Below are positions 11,419 through 20,734 of a stretch of 64,000 nucleotides of DNA, piece after piece (within the stretch, counting starts at the first letter, position 1; each line of letters opens with the position of its first letter). This stretch comes from Alphaproteobacteria bacterium (GTDB lineage: Bacteria > Pseudomonadota > Alphaproteobacteria > UBA828), in assembly GCA_963422645.2 (NCBI GenBank), contig CAXXVO010000004.1, positions 96,001 to 160,000 on the forward strand, in the 5' to 3' direction. A program made the translations under genes and the position numbers. The notes below the pieces were generated by a model, which worked only from the letters and a program-made list of their open reading frames with translations, did no database searches and had not been told where the DNA came from.

Positions 11419-13577
11419 CCCAGGTTGGCACTTTTTGTGTTCTGCTGTCGTTTATCGCTTTGATATGGCGCAATATTTTTCTCTGCCGATTCCAACATGG
11501 CACTACATTTTGTGAGATTCTGTCAGCTCGTCAGGCGGGTCCTCGTGCGGTGGATGGCGGGGTCAACACCCGCCGCCGAGGAGATTTGGGCGACCTCGGC
11601 GGCCGGGCGCGTGTCCTGGCGGTTGACGATCAAGGTGCCGTCGGTCTGGCGCAGTCGCGTGGTGATCCGCACCCAGGTCCGCATGCCCTCGCGGATCGAT
11701 GCCCAGCACTTGTGGATGCCCCGCGCGGCCAGTCGGGTACGGATCAGATGCACGGCGTGATAGGCCAGCACGGCGATCAGCAGGTGGGCCGCGATGCGAC
11801 GGTCGAGCTGGTGCCAGATCGGGCGAAGGCCGAGCTCGGATTTCAGGCTGCGGAAGGTGGCCTCGATGTCGGTGATGCGCCAGTAGGTCCGCAGGATCGT
11901 CTCGATATCCCAGTCGACGTGGCTGGTGCGCAGCACATAGGCGCCGGCGCCCTCGTCGGCCTCGTCGTATTGCGGCCTGCGCTTGAAGCGCACGGCGGCG
12001 GCGTTGGGGCCGGTTTTCGCCTTCTCGACCGTGACCTCGTAGTGTCTGGCGACGGTGGAGAAGCGCTGCTTGAGACGGCCAATGCTCTCCAGCACCCTGT
12101 CGTAGCGCTTGAGGCGGCCCTTGACCGGCAGGCCGCTATGGAGCCTTTCCAGCGCCGCCTCGAAGCGGTTCCGCCTGAGGCCGATGATCGCGTTCTCGGC
12201 CTTCTTCTTGCCCTCGCTGACGACGTAGAGCCGCGCCTCGCCGTCCTCGCTGGCAAGCCGCCAGGCGCGCACCTCGTGCCGCGCGCTGGTGATCAGCAGA
12301 GCCTCGGGCCCGCCCTCGGGCAGCGGCGGCCTGGCGCCGCGGCTGACCGCGATCCAGTCGTAGCCCTGCTCGCCCAGCCACGCGACGTTCTCCTCGGTGG
12401 CGATGCCCGCGTCCATGACCACCGTGGGCTTCGGCGCCGTGCCGCCGCACACCGCCTCGAGCCTGACCAGCGCGTCCTCCAGCGTGCCCGGCTCGCTCAC
12501 GTTGCCCGGCAGGATCTCGCAACTGCGCGGGAAGCCTGCGCCGTCGAGCGCCAGCGCCAGCGTGATCAGCGGACAGTCGTCGCGCTTCTGCTTGGAGCGC
12601 CCGAACCTGGGAAGCTGGCCGTGGGTGTGGCCGTGGTAGTGGACATTGGTGAGATCGTAAAAGGCGATCGTTTCGGGCAGGTCGAGCAGCGCGCGCTCGC
12701 GGTTGAACAGCTCCCGCTGAATGGCGGCCCGGTGGCGCCAGAGCAGGTCGCCGATGCGGTAGAGCGTCTTGCGCCGCAGCGCCTTGCGGTCGCCCTCCAG
12801 CCCCAGGAGCTCGGCGGTCGCGCTGTCGCGGCGCAGCCAGCGGCTGGTGTCACGCTCGCTGGCGGGATGGACCATCCTGGCGACGATCAGCGCGCTGGCG
12901 ATGCGCCCGTCGCGGCCCTTGATATCGAGGCCGTGGAGGATGTCGGCGAAGCCGAGGTCGTCGAGGGCCTTGAGGCACAGGCGCTCGCAGCCGACCGTGC
13001 GCGGGTTCTCGTGCTCCAGGGTATCGAGGTCGACGGTGGCGATGTCGGGCTTGCGCGCCTCTTCCTGTATCGCCTCGGGGCGGAACCCCCTGGCCCTGAG
13101 CTTGGCGACGATGTCCTCGGCTGCGGCCTGCACGTCCGGCGCGGCTTCGAGCAGCGGCGGGCGGCCGTTGAGCAGCGCCTCGGCGAGTCCGGCAACTTCG
13201 CGCCATTTCTCCTTCGGCACCGGATAGTCGGTGCCGAGGTTGAGAAGCGTGCGCTGCCTGACCTTGTCGCCGATGCGCTGCGAGAGCACGAGGCGATGGC
13301 TGCGGACCGGCTTGCCTTCGGTAGTGTGGGTCTTGGTTGCCCTGATGAACATGTCGCCCGGCACGTTTTGGTCGTGGCGGGTTCAGATATGTCGGCTTTG
13401 GTGGTGGGGTCAAGGGAAATCCTGCAAACCCACCATTCCCTGGCACTACAAAGGGAGTTCGAGACGGCAATCGCAAATGTAGGGGCGTGCCCTTCTCGTC
13501 AACGCTATATCTGGTGTGTCAGCCGGAAAAACCTGGCCAATTCGGCCCCGAACAAACGGAAAAAGTGCCAACTTGGG
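11419..13577 (-). mobile_element. IS1634-family insertion sequence, complete
   Basis: Terminal IRs CCCAGGTTGGCACTTTTT / AAAAAGTGCCAACTTGGG (1 mismatch); flanking direct repeat CTGA at 11415-11418 and 13578-13581. Confidence 0.9.
11523..13352 (-). CDS. IS1634-family DDE transposase
   Basis: VRQRTLLNLG, FYDLTNVHY, FGRSKQKRDD, VVMDAGI, IEATFRSLKSELGLRPIWHQ. Confidence 0.88.
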   Translation of the reverse strand: MFIRATKTHTTEGKPVRSHRLVLSQRIGDKVRQRTLLNLGTDYPVPKEKWREVAGLAEALLNGRPPLLEAAPDVQAAAEDIVAKLRARGFRPEAIQEEARKPDIATVDLDTLEHENPRTVGCERLCLKALDDLGFADILHGLDIKGRDGRIASALIVARMVHPASERDTSRWLRRDSATAELLGLEGDRKALRRKTLYRIGDLLWRHRAAIQRELFNRERALLDLPETIAFYDLTNVHYHGHTHGQLPRFGRSKQKRDDCPLITLALALDGAGFPRSCEILPGNVSEPGTLEDALVRLEAVCGGTAPKPTVVMDAGIATEENVAWLGEQGYDWIAVSRGARPPLPEGGPEALLITSARHEVRAWRLASEDGEARLYVVSEGKKKAENAIIGLRRNRFEAALERLHSGLPVKGRLKRYDRVLESIGRLKQRFSTVARHYEVTVEKAKTGPNAAAVRFKRRPQYDEADEGAGAYVLRTSHVDWDIETILRTYWRITDIEATFRSLKSELGLRPIWHQLDRRIAAHLLIAVLAYHAVHLIRTRLAARGIHKCWASIREGMRTWVRITTRLRQTDGTLIVNRQDTRPAAEVAQISSAAGVDPAIHRTRTRLTS

Positions 13578-14517
13578 CTGAGATAGCCACGTTCATTGAC
13601 GAACTGCTCAAAGTAGATCGGCCGCGCGCCGCATTCCACGCCGCCCGCATGAATTGGCAAATCGTCGATTCTCCCCGGCTGATACGTCTGTTGACGGAAG
13701 TTGCGACCAATGGCGCGGAACCTTCGAGCGACTACAGACTTGATGGCCGCTCTGTTTCGGAAGCACTCGATACGCTCGAACAACGGGGCGATACGTCTCC
13801 TGACGACCTTGCCCGGCTCGAGTATATGTTTATCGGGGCGCTTGACCGTACCGAGCACGGAATTCGAAATCTGGAGGCGCAACTCTCGGAGACGCCGGCA
13901 CTGTTCATACATGCGCTCGCACATGCCTTTAGGCGCGACGATGGCGGAGAAGACCCTGCAGAATGGCGGCTATCGAATTCTGAAAACCGCTCCGCTATCG
14001 CGCACGCCTGCTACGTGCTCCTCACCACTGCCAGCCGAATTCCCGGAACCCAGGCCGATGGCAGCATTGATCTCAAGAGGCTAAGGGATTGGCTGAAGCA
14101 ATTGCGCGCACTCACCCGCGAACATGGCCGCGCAGAAATCGGCGATGAAATGATTGGTCGACTGCTTTCCCATTGCCCGCCCGGCGATGACGGCATTTGG
14201 CCGTGCGAGCCCGTGCGCGAGGCCATAGACGATATCGGATCTCAGAAAATCGCGATCGGCATGATCTTCGGTATCCACAGCGCTCACGGGGCGACTTGGC
14301 GAGGCGAGGGCGGAGCCCAGGAACGCAAGCTCTCAGAACAGTATCGAAACTGGTCCGGAGAGGTGGCTTTTGAACACCCTTTCACCGCGAACATGCTTGA
14401 GCAAATCGCAGTCAGCTACGACCGGGATGCGAAATGGTGGGACAATCAGGATGGTGTTCGCGAGCGTTTGGGACACTGACGGCAATGAGGCAGAGAGTGC
14501 TCCTCTGAGCAGACTTT

Positions 14518-15245
14518 ATAACTGTCCAGGTTGTCTGATTTGTCATTTTGGGCCAGTGAGTTGAGGCGCGATTCGCACGAAACTGACGGGAGGGCTTGAC
14601 GGGAATGTCGGGAAATGACTCAACAATGACATGAGCAATCCCGAGTCGCCACACGGCCCTTCGTCGGGGGCATCGCCCGAAACGCCCGCGCAGAAAAACG
14701 CCCATCCGGAGGAGGAGAACGCCTGGCTTCGGCAGCAGAACACGCGCCTGGAAGAGCAGGTCGCGCGTCTTGTCGAGCGCATCGAGGAGTTGGAGCGCCG
14801 CCTCGGCCTGAACAGCGGCAAGCCGCCTTCGAGCGATGGGCTGAAGAAGCCGAATTCGAAGCGGCGAACCCGAAGCCTGCGCGGCAAATCGGGCCGCAAT
14901 CCCGGTTGGCAGCCCGGCCACAAGGGCAAGACGCTGCGCCGCGCCGATCACCCGGACCGGGTGAAGGACCATGTGCCTTCTTCCTGCAAGGGATGCGGTT
15001 CACCCCTGTTGGATGCGGCCAGGGCGGAAACGCCGGTCGCCCGCCAGCCAGGTGGTCGATCTGCCCGAGCCGCGTCCGCTGGAGGTGACCGGGCACCGGG
15101 CGCATGCCAGGTGCTGTGGGCATTGCGGGACGGTGACCCGGGCGGCGTTCCCCGACGGGGTGTCGGCGCCGGTGCGGTACGGCCTGCGCATTGCCGGGGT
15201 GGCGGTCTGTCTTCAACACGCCCACTTCCTGCCGGGGGATCGGCA
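14518..15245 (+). mobile_element. Degenerate, truncated IS66-family element (left end plus 5' part of transposase)
   Basis: Begins ATAACTGTCCAGGT; closely matches the start of the element at 41189; 4-nt duplication (CGCCAGCCAG) frameshift near 15045; similarity stops near 15245. Confidence 0.85.
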
Positions 15246-15339
15246 GTTCCCTCGTGAAAACTCACCCAACAGGTGGTATTGGCGTCGAGCGTTGTGCAGT
15301 CGCCGGGGGCGTGCAGGGTGCACGTCGCATTTATGAGAT

Positions 15340-16683
15340 TCACGGTATTGCGCCGGCGCGGCGCTCCCAGAAGTCGTCGAAGCGGTTGCTCTCGACGGCG
15401 CATCGCAGTGCGATGATGGCGTTGGCGCCGTCGACGGTCCAGCGCATGCCGCCCTGCTTCAGGCGGGCGCCGACGATGTTCTTGCAGCCCCCCTCGACCA
15501 CGCCGCTGGCGACACACAGGCCCATTGCCCTGAACTTCGGGTAGTTCATGCGGGCGCGGTTGGTAGAGAAGTACTCGGCGTTCTTTCGGGCCTCCTCGCA
15601 GGTCTCGGCATGACTGCGCAGGGTGGCGATCACTTCGCCAACGCGGCCCTCATCGAGCTCCTCGCGCCGCTTCCTGGCCCATCGCTGGCCGATCTCGCTC
15701 CCGATCCCGTAGATGCCTTTGGCGACCTCGAACAGATGGCCCTTGGCGTGGAAGATGTCGACGATCCGGATGGCGTCGGGGAAGTGCTCGTCGGCGAAGT
15801 TCCAGATCCACGGCGCGCCGTCGCCGAGGATGACCCGGCGCTCAGCGGTGTCGAAGCCGCGGCGTTCGGCCTCGCGCAGGATGCGCTTGGCGAAGGGTGC
15901 GGGCTCGGTGTCGGTATCACGGGTGGCGATGGTCTCGATGGCGGCGTTGTAGGTGGCGGAGCCGGGATCGCGCACGGGATGCCCCTCGTTGTCGGTGGTT
16001 TCCGCCGACCACACGACGGCGAGCTTGGCCTCGCGGGTCTTGGCGCTGCCGTCGGGCTGCTTGCCCTGGCTGCCCTCGACCTCGGCCTTGCGCGCCGGCA
16101 CGCCGGTACCGTCGAGACCAAGATACAGGGTGGCGGCATCGCAGGGCTCGGGTTCGATGACGCGGCATTCGTCCCCGGCGATCTCACGCCCGAGCGCCTC
16201 GGCGTGGCGTTCCACCGTCTTGGGGGCAACAGCGAGGCCGGCCAGTTCGTGCAACAGGGCGCTGGAGCCCTCGAAGCTGGTCCTGGCCGCGGCGATGCCG
16301 ATCATGCGCAGCGCCGCCGGCGACAGGAAGGTGTCTTCCATGCCGAGCGTGCGGTCGCGCGGGCTGAAGCCATTGTGACAACGCTCGCAGTGATACCAGG
16401 CGCGTTCCAGCGTCAGAGGGCCGAGAGCGGTGGTGAAGACCTTGGGCCTGCGCCCGGCGAAGCGTGCCTCGCCGCCGCACCCGCACGACAGGCGCGGTCC
16501 CCGGTCGTCGGAATGGTCGGCATTGAGCCTGTGGGCGACGGCCTGCCCCATGATCTGCAATGCCACCCGCCGGGCTTCGGTCTCGATCGCCTGGAAGTCA
16601 TCGACGACACCCTCGCCGATCAGCCGCTCGACCTCGGCCTCGACCTCCTCCGCGATCGCTGAGTGGAGACCCCCCTTTTTCCC
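15340..16683 (-). CDS. ISKra4-family transposase (orfB, probably fused to orfA by -1 frameshift)
   Basis: LYLGLDGTGVP, LGDGAPWIWN, VDIFHAKGHL, GLCVASGVVEGGCK, RLKQGGMRW. Confidence 0.82.
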   Translation of the reverse strand, partial: GKKGGLHSAIAEEVEAEVERLIGEGVVDDFQAIETEARRVALQIMGQAVAHRLNADHSDDRGPRLSCGCGGEARFAGRRPKVFTTALGPLTLERAWYHCERCHNGFSPRDRTLGMEDTFLSPAALRMIGIAAARTSFEGSSALLHELAGLAVAPKTVERHAEALGREIAGDECRVIEPEPCDAATLYLGLDGTGVPARKAEVEGSQGKQPDGSAKTREAKLAVVWSAETTDNEGHPVRDPGSATYNAAIETIATRDTDTEPAPFAKRILREAERRGFDTAERRVILGDGAPWIWNFADEHFPDAIRIVDIFHAKGHLFEVAKGIYGIGSEIGQRWARKRREELDEGRVGEVIATLRSHAETCEEARKNAEYFSTNRARMNYPKFRAMGLCVASGVVEGGCKNIVGARLKQGGMRWTVDGANAIIALRCAVESNRFDDFWERRAGAIP

Positions 16684-17039
16684 GGCGTGGCCGGCTTGTC
16701 CGCATCCAGCCGTGCATCGCATATCCGGCCGCTGACCTCGACCAGCTCGCGCACCAGTCCGCGAAGCCGCTGGTATTCTCCGATCTGAGCCCGCGTTCGT
16801 TCGACGGCATCGGAGGGAATGGTGCGGCCTCGGGACTTGCCTGTATTCCTGTCCAACCAGGTCAGCAGCCAATAGGGGCCATGACCCTGCGCGCCCTCAA
16901 CCGCACAATGACAGTTGGGTTTGCCGCATTTCCGGTACTGTGATCTGAGCGATCCTTGGCGGAGATCACCGATGTCTACAAGCTCTCGCAGCAGCTGGCC
17001 GCGCTGCTCGACGAGGTGGTCGTGATCGCCGGTCGCCAT
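16620..17039 (-). CDS. ISKra4 orfA (DUF6788-like Cys/His protein)
   Basis: GSL...RKCGKPNCHC...HGPYW motif; overlaps orfB across GGGAAAAAGGGGGG. Confidence 0.7.
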   Translation of the reverse strand: MATGDHDHLVEQRGQLLRELVDIGDLRQGSLRSQYRKCGKPNCHCAVEGAQGHGPYWLLTWLDRNTGKSRGRTIPSDAVERTRAQIGEYQRLRGLVRELVEVSGRICDARLDADKPATPGKRGVSTQRSRRRSRPRSSG

Positions 17040-17098
17040 GCCCGCCTCCATCTGTCTCCCGATACAAGAAACAGAAATCGTAGCGAAAACATGGCGTG

Positions 17099-17182
17099 TA
17101 CGAAGTCCGGGACGAGGAGCTTGTCGTGCTGGTGGTTCGTGTCGCGCACCGGCGAGACGCCTATCGGCGGACACCACGATGA
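17099..17182 (+). pseudogene. 3' remnant of a RelE/StbE-family toxin gene
   Basis: Manual translation YEVRDEELVVLVVRVAHRRDAYRRTPR* matches the RelE C-terminal pattern; starts at the ISKra4 junction. Confidence 0.65.
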
Positions 17183-17398
17183 TTGTCCCCGGAGAAGCGC
17201 CCCTCGGCATGGTTTGCGGCAATCCGGCATCAACATTCTTGATCGTCGGCACCTGCGGCCATGCGCTGCACTGCGATGCAGGGATGCCCATATGTCCCTC
17301 TAACTCGTTGATACTAAGGATTAAAACCCTTGACATTGCCCTAATCGTCCCAAAGATCGTCTCCCATGCGGGTCGGTGTTGCGGGGAGGCGGGGCGTT

Positions 17399-17599
17399 AT
17401 GGGAAGAAACGGAAGCGGACGGTCCAGGGACCGCGGTGCCGCCAACGACAACGGCGCGGCGGAGGCCCGGGTCCGGTCCGCCGTGCTGACCATCGCGCGC
17501 CTGCTCGGGCGCCAGATCGCCCGCGAGCAGTTCGAGCGACAGGCTTCGGCCAACGACAATACGCCGGTCAAGGAGACCGGAGACCGACAGGAGCGATGA
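17399..17599 (+). CDS. Small hypothetical protein directly upstream of the serine recombinase
   Basis: 66-aa ORF with LTIARLLGRQIARE helix and two ANDN motifs; stop 1 nt before the recombinase ATG. Confidence 0.6.
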   Translation: MGRNGSGRSRDRGAANDNGAAEARVRSAVLTIARLLGRQIAREQFERQASANDNTPVKETGDRQER

Positions 17600-17600
17600 C

Positions 17601-19280
17601 ATGATCCGCGCCGCCCTCTACGCGCGCTACTCCTCGGACCTTCAGAGCGCGGCCTCGATCGAGGACCAGTTCCGGATCTGCCGGGAGCACGCGGAGCGGG
17701 CGGGCTGGACGGTCGTGGACACCTACCGCGATGCGGCCATCTCCGGCGACAGCATGATCCTGCGCCCCGGTATCCAGGCGCTGCTGGCGGATGCCCGCTC
17801 GGGCGCGTTCGACGTCGTCGTGGCGGAAGCCCTGGACCGGATGAGCAGGGACCAAGCCGACGTCTCGGCGTTGTTCAAGCACCTTCAGTTCGCCCGCGTA
17901 ATGATCGTCACCTTGTCCGAAGGCGAGGTCAACGAACTCCACGTCGGCCTGAAGGGCACGATGAACGCCTTGTTCCTGAAGGACCTCGCGGCCAAGACCC
18001 ACCGCGGGTTGCGCGGCCGGGTCGAGAAGGGCCGCTCCGGCGGCGGGCTGTGCTACGGCTACGATGTCGTCACGACCTTCGATGCCGCCGGCGAGCCGGT
18101 GCGGGGTGAGCGCACGATCAACGATGCCGAAGCCAACGTCGTGCGGCGCGTATTCCGGGACTTCGCCTCGGGCGTCAGCCCACGGACGATCGCCAGGCGC
18201 CTCAACGCCGAGAAATTCTCCTGCCCCTCGGGCAAGCTCTGGACGGACTCCACCATCCGCGGCCAAGTCAAGCGCGGCACCGGGCTGATCAACAATGAGC
18301 TCTACATCGGGCGCCTGGTCTGGAACCGGCTGCGCTACGTCAAGAACCCGGAGACCGGCAAGCGGGTTTCGCGGATCAATCCGCGCGAGGAGTGGATAAT
18401 CACCGAGGTTCCCGAGCTCCGCATCATCGACGATGAGCTCTGGCAGGCGGTGAAGGACCGGCAGGAAGAACTGACCGCAAAATACGCGACCGTCATCGAG
18501 GCCACGCGCAGTGCGCGCGCCAATCGCCTGAACGGCACCCACCGGCCCCGCCACTTGCTCTCGGGCCTCCTGGAATGCGGCGTCTGCGGCGGTCCCTATT
18601 CCATGCGCGGGCAGGACCGCTACGGCTGCTCCAACCACGTCATGAACGACAGTTGCTCGAACAGCCGGGGTATTCGCCGCACCGAACTCGAGGAGCGCGT
18701 CCTGGTCGGTCTCAAGGACCACCTGATGGCGCCCGAGGCTGCCGACGCGGCGGTGCGCGCGTGGGCGGAGGAGACCAACCGGCTCAACCGCGAGCGCAGT
18801 GCCTCAAGCGAGGCGGAACGCAAGGAGCTCGCAGACATCGAGAAGAAAATCGACGGCGTCGTCGACGCCATCCAGGATGGCGCCTACAGTGCCGTGCTCA
18901 AGGAACGGCTGCACAAGCTCGAAGTTCGAAAGGCGGAGCTGAATGATCGCCTTGCAACCGCGCCTCTCGAACTCCCGGACATCCACCCGAACGTCTCCGG
19001 CGTCTATCGCCGCAAGGTGGGGCGTCTCGCCAAAGCCCTTGGCAAGCCGGAAGAGCGCGATGCAGCCGCGGCTGCGATCCGGGGATTGATCGACGGGATC
19101 GTTCTGACGCCCGGCGGAAAGCGCGGCGAACTCCAAGTCACGCTACGTGGTGAGCTCGGCAGGATTCTGGAGTGGACGGAAACCGGAACCGAAAAGGAAA
19201 AGACCGACATGCCCATCTCGGGAATGTCGGTCTCGGTGGTTGCGGGGGTAGGATTTGAACCTACGACCTTCAGGTTATGA
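17601..19280 (+). CDS. Large serine recombinase (island integrase)
   Basis: YARYSS catalytic motif, EALDRMSR, recombinase domain, CGVCG...YGC...C zinc ribbon; C-terminus VVAGVGFEPTTFRL is encoded by the tRNA antisense. Confidence 0.92.
   Translation: MIRAALYARYSSDLQSAASIEDQFRICREHAERAGWTVVDTYRDAAISGDSMILRPGIQALLADARSGAFDVVVAEALDRMSRDQADVSALFKHLQFARVMIVTLSEGEVNELHVGLKGTMNALFLKDLAAKTHRGLRGRVEKGRSGGGLCYGYDVVTTFDAAGEPVRGERTINDAEANVVRRVFRDFASGVSPRTIARRLNAEKFSCPSGKLWTDSTIRGQVKRGTGLINNELYIGRLVWNRLRYVKNPETGKRVSRINPREEWIITEVPELRIIDDELWQAVKDRQEELTAKYATVIEATRSARANRLNGTHRPRHLLSGLLECGVCGGPYSMRGQDRYGCSNHVMNDSCSNSRGIRRTELEERVLVGLKDHLMAPEAADAAVRAWAEETNRLNRERSASSEAERKELADIEKKIDGVVDAIQDGAYSAVLKERLHKLEVRKAELNDRLATAPLELPDIHPNVSGVYRRKVGRLAKALGKPEERDAAAAAIRGLIDGIVLTPGGKRGELQVTLRGELGRILEWTETGTEKEKTDMPISGMSVSVVAGVGFEPTTFRL
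19192..19233 (-). terminator. Rho-independent terminator-like hairpin downstream of the tRNA fragment
   Basis: AGACCGACAT...ATGTCGGTCT stem followed on the minus strand by TTTCCTTTTC. Confidence 0.5.
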
Positions 19281-19281
19281 G
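19237..19281 (-). other. 3' half of tRNA-fMet(CAT); attachment-site remnant
   Basis: Minus strand CTCATAACCTGAAGGTCGTAGGTTCAAATCCTACCCCCGCAACCA = anticodon loop, T arm, acceptor 3' strand and CCA; 5' half absent. Confidence 0.9.
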
Positions 19282-20544
19282 GACCCGACCGCCGCCCATT
19301 CGCCGCAGATACGCTCGGAGTCTGCACTTATCATTAAGGCCTCGATGCAATCCGCTATGCGCTGAGCCGGCCCGCGCAGCTGCCCGATCGTCCAGTCGGC
19401 GGCGTACCCCTCGGTAACGTCGTTGGGCGGCGCGTGGTTGACCAGCCGCTTGGTCAGGGCGTGCGGGAGCATCAACTCGCGCTCGGCCACCGTGATGAAG
19501 CAGTTGCGCAGCCCGTGGAACCAGAATTTTGCGCCACCTGCCTCGCTGATGCGGCGATGGAAATAGGTCAACTTCACGAAATAGCCCGTGCGGCTGGAGG
19601 CAGAGGAAAACACCCAACCGCCCGGCAGGTGGCCGCTCTCGGCCCACCGGCGATCGAGAATGGCTGCCAGCTGCCGGGTGATGGGCAGCTCCAGCGGCGC
19701 CCCGGTCTTGGTCTCGTCCACGCGGAAGACGAGCGCCTCCCTGTCCACACGCTCCCATCGGAGCGGCAGCACCTCGCCGAGCCGCATGCCGGTGTACATG
19801 CCGAACCAGAACACGTCGCGAAGGGCGGGGTTGCTCACTACGGCCTCGATCCCCTTCCGCCAGCACGGAAGGACCTCCGCCGGTGGCGGGATCTTGCGGC
19901 GCGGCTTGGGATGGAACCTCCCGCCGCCTGCGAGCCAGAGGTCGACCGGATTGGCCAGTCCCTCGATGTCCACGCAGGGCCGGCGATAGACCGAGCGCAA
20001 GAGCGAGATGCACTGGTTGGCCGTCGCCCAGCCATGCTTCTCGGTGATGCGGTTGAAACGGTCCTCCACGTCGCTCCGGGTAATGGCGTCGAGGGGACGG
20101 GCAAGCCAGTCGGCGAGCGGCCGCTCGAAGCGGTCGCGGTAGGACTCGTTGGTGCTCGCCTTGCGCTTGGGATTGGCCCTCATGTACTGCTCGAAGGCCT
20201 GCCTGAGCGGGGGCATGCGCCGGCTCCTCGCGCGCTCGGCCGCCGGGTCCTCGCCCATGGCGACCATGCCGAGCAGCCTGTGGGCCTCGCGCCGCGCCTG
20301 CTCGGCCGCCATCCTGTCACAGCGTCCGATGACGAGGCGCTTGTTGGGCGCCATCCTGCCGCCCGCGCCCAGGCGGTAGTTGACGATGTAGGACTTGACG
20401 CCCGGAGGGGTGCACGAGGACGCCATAGCCTGTCAGCTTGTCATCCCAGGCGATCCATGGCTTGTTGGCGGGCTCGAGGCTGTCGATGGCGCGCTTGGCG
20501 ATGGTGAGCTTGACGCGCGCGACGCGCTTCCCGGGATTTGGCAT
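19275..20544 (-). pseudogene. Tyrosine integrase with arm-binding N-terminal domain; frameshift near 20402
   Basis: WDDKLTGYGVLVHPSG / VKSYIVNYR split by an extra G; catalytic GMRLGE, HGLRNCF, NH...VTEGY intact. Confidence 0.85.
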
Positions 20545-20734
20545 GCGGGCATGATGGCATGGCTTGGGATCGCAATCAACACCAACCACAACACATGAGA
20601 GTAACTTCAGGGGTGTTCCTGACCTCTCCTGGCCTTTCAGGATCGTCGGATATCGGCCAAAACCCAATGTTACAGCGGTATCCGAGTACTCCTAAGCAAG
20701 TACGAGCATCAGCAGGAACAAGACGTAACTGTTG

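Larger units (their letters stand above)
8219..14479 (+). pseudogene. ~1365-aa protein with N-terminal HigA-like HTH, a restriction-endonuclease-like domain and a long helical C-terminus; interrupted by IS1634
   Basis: PIHPG...SVTKAA...RPALSNLLNGRAALSPDMAVRFEKAF; GWDG...WEFG..K motif; removing 11419-13581 restores one frame (...LHDAP/EIATFIDE...). Confidence 0.8.
15316..17101 (-). mobile_element. ISKra4-family element (ends approximate)
   Basis: Two overlapping ORFs (Zn-finger-like orfA and transposase); only weak IR similarity (GGGTGCACGTCG vs GTACACGCC); no TSD seen. Confidence 0.65.

Noticed and set aside
19237-19320. Complete tRNA-Met gene
   Set aside because: Similarity ends at the anticodon loop; D arm and 5' acceptor strand are absent
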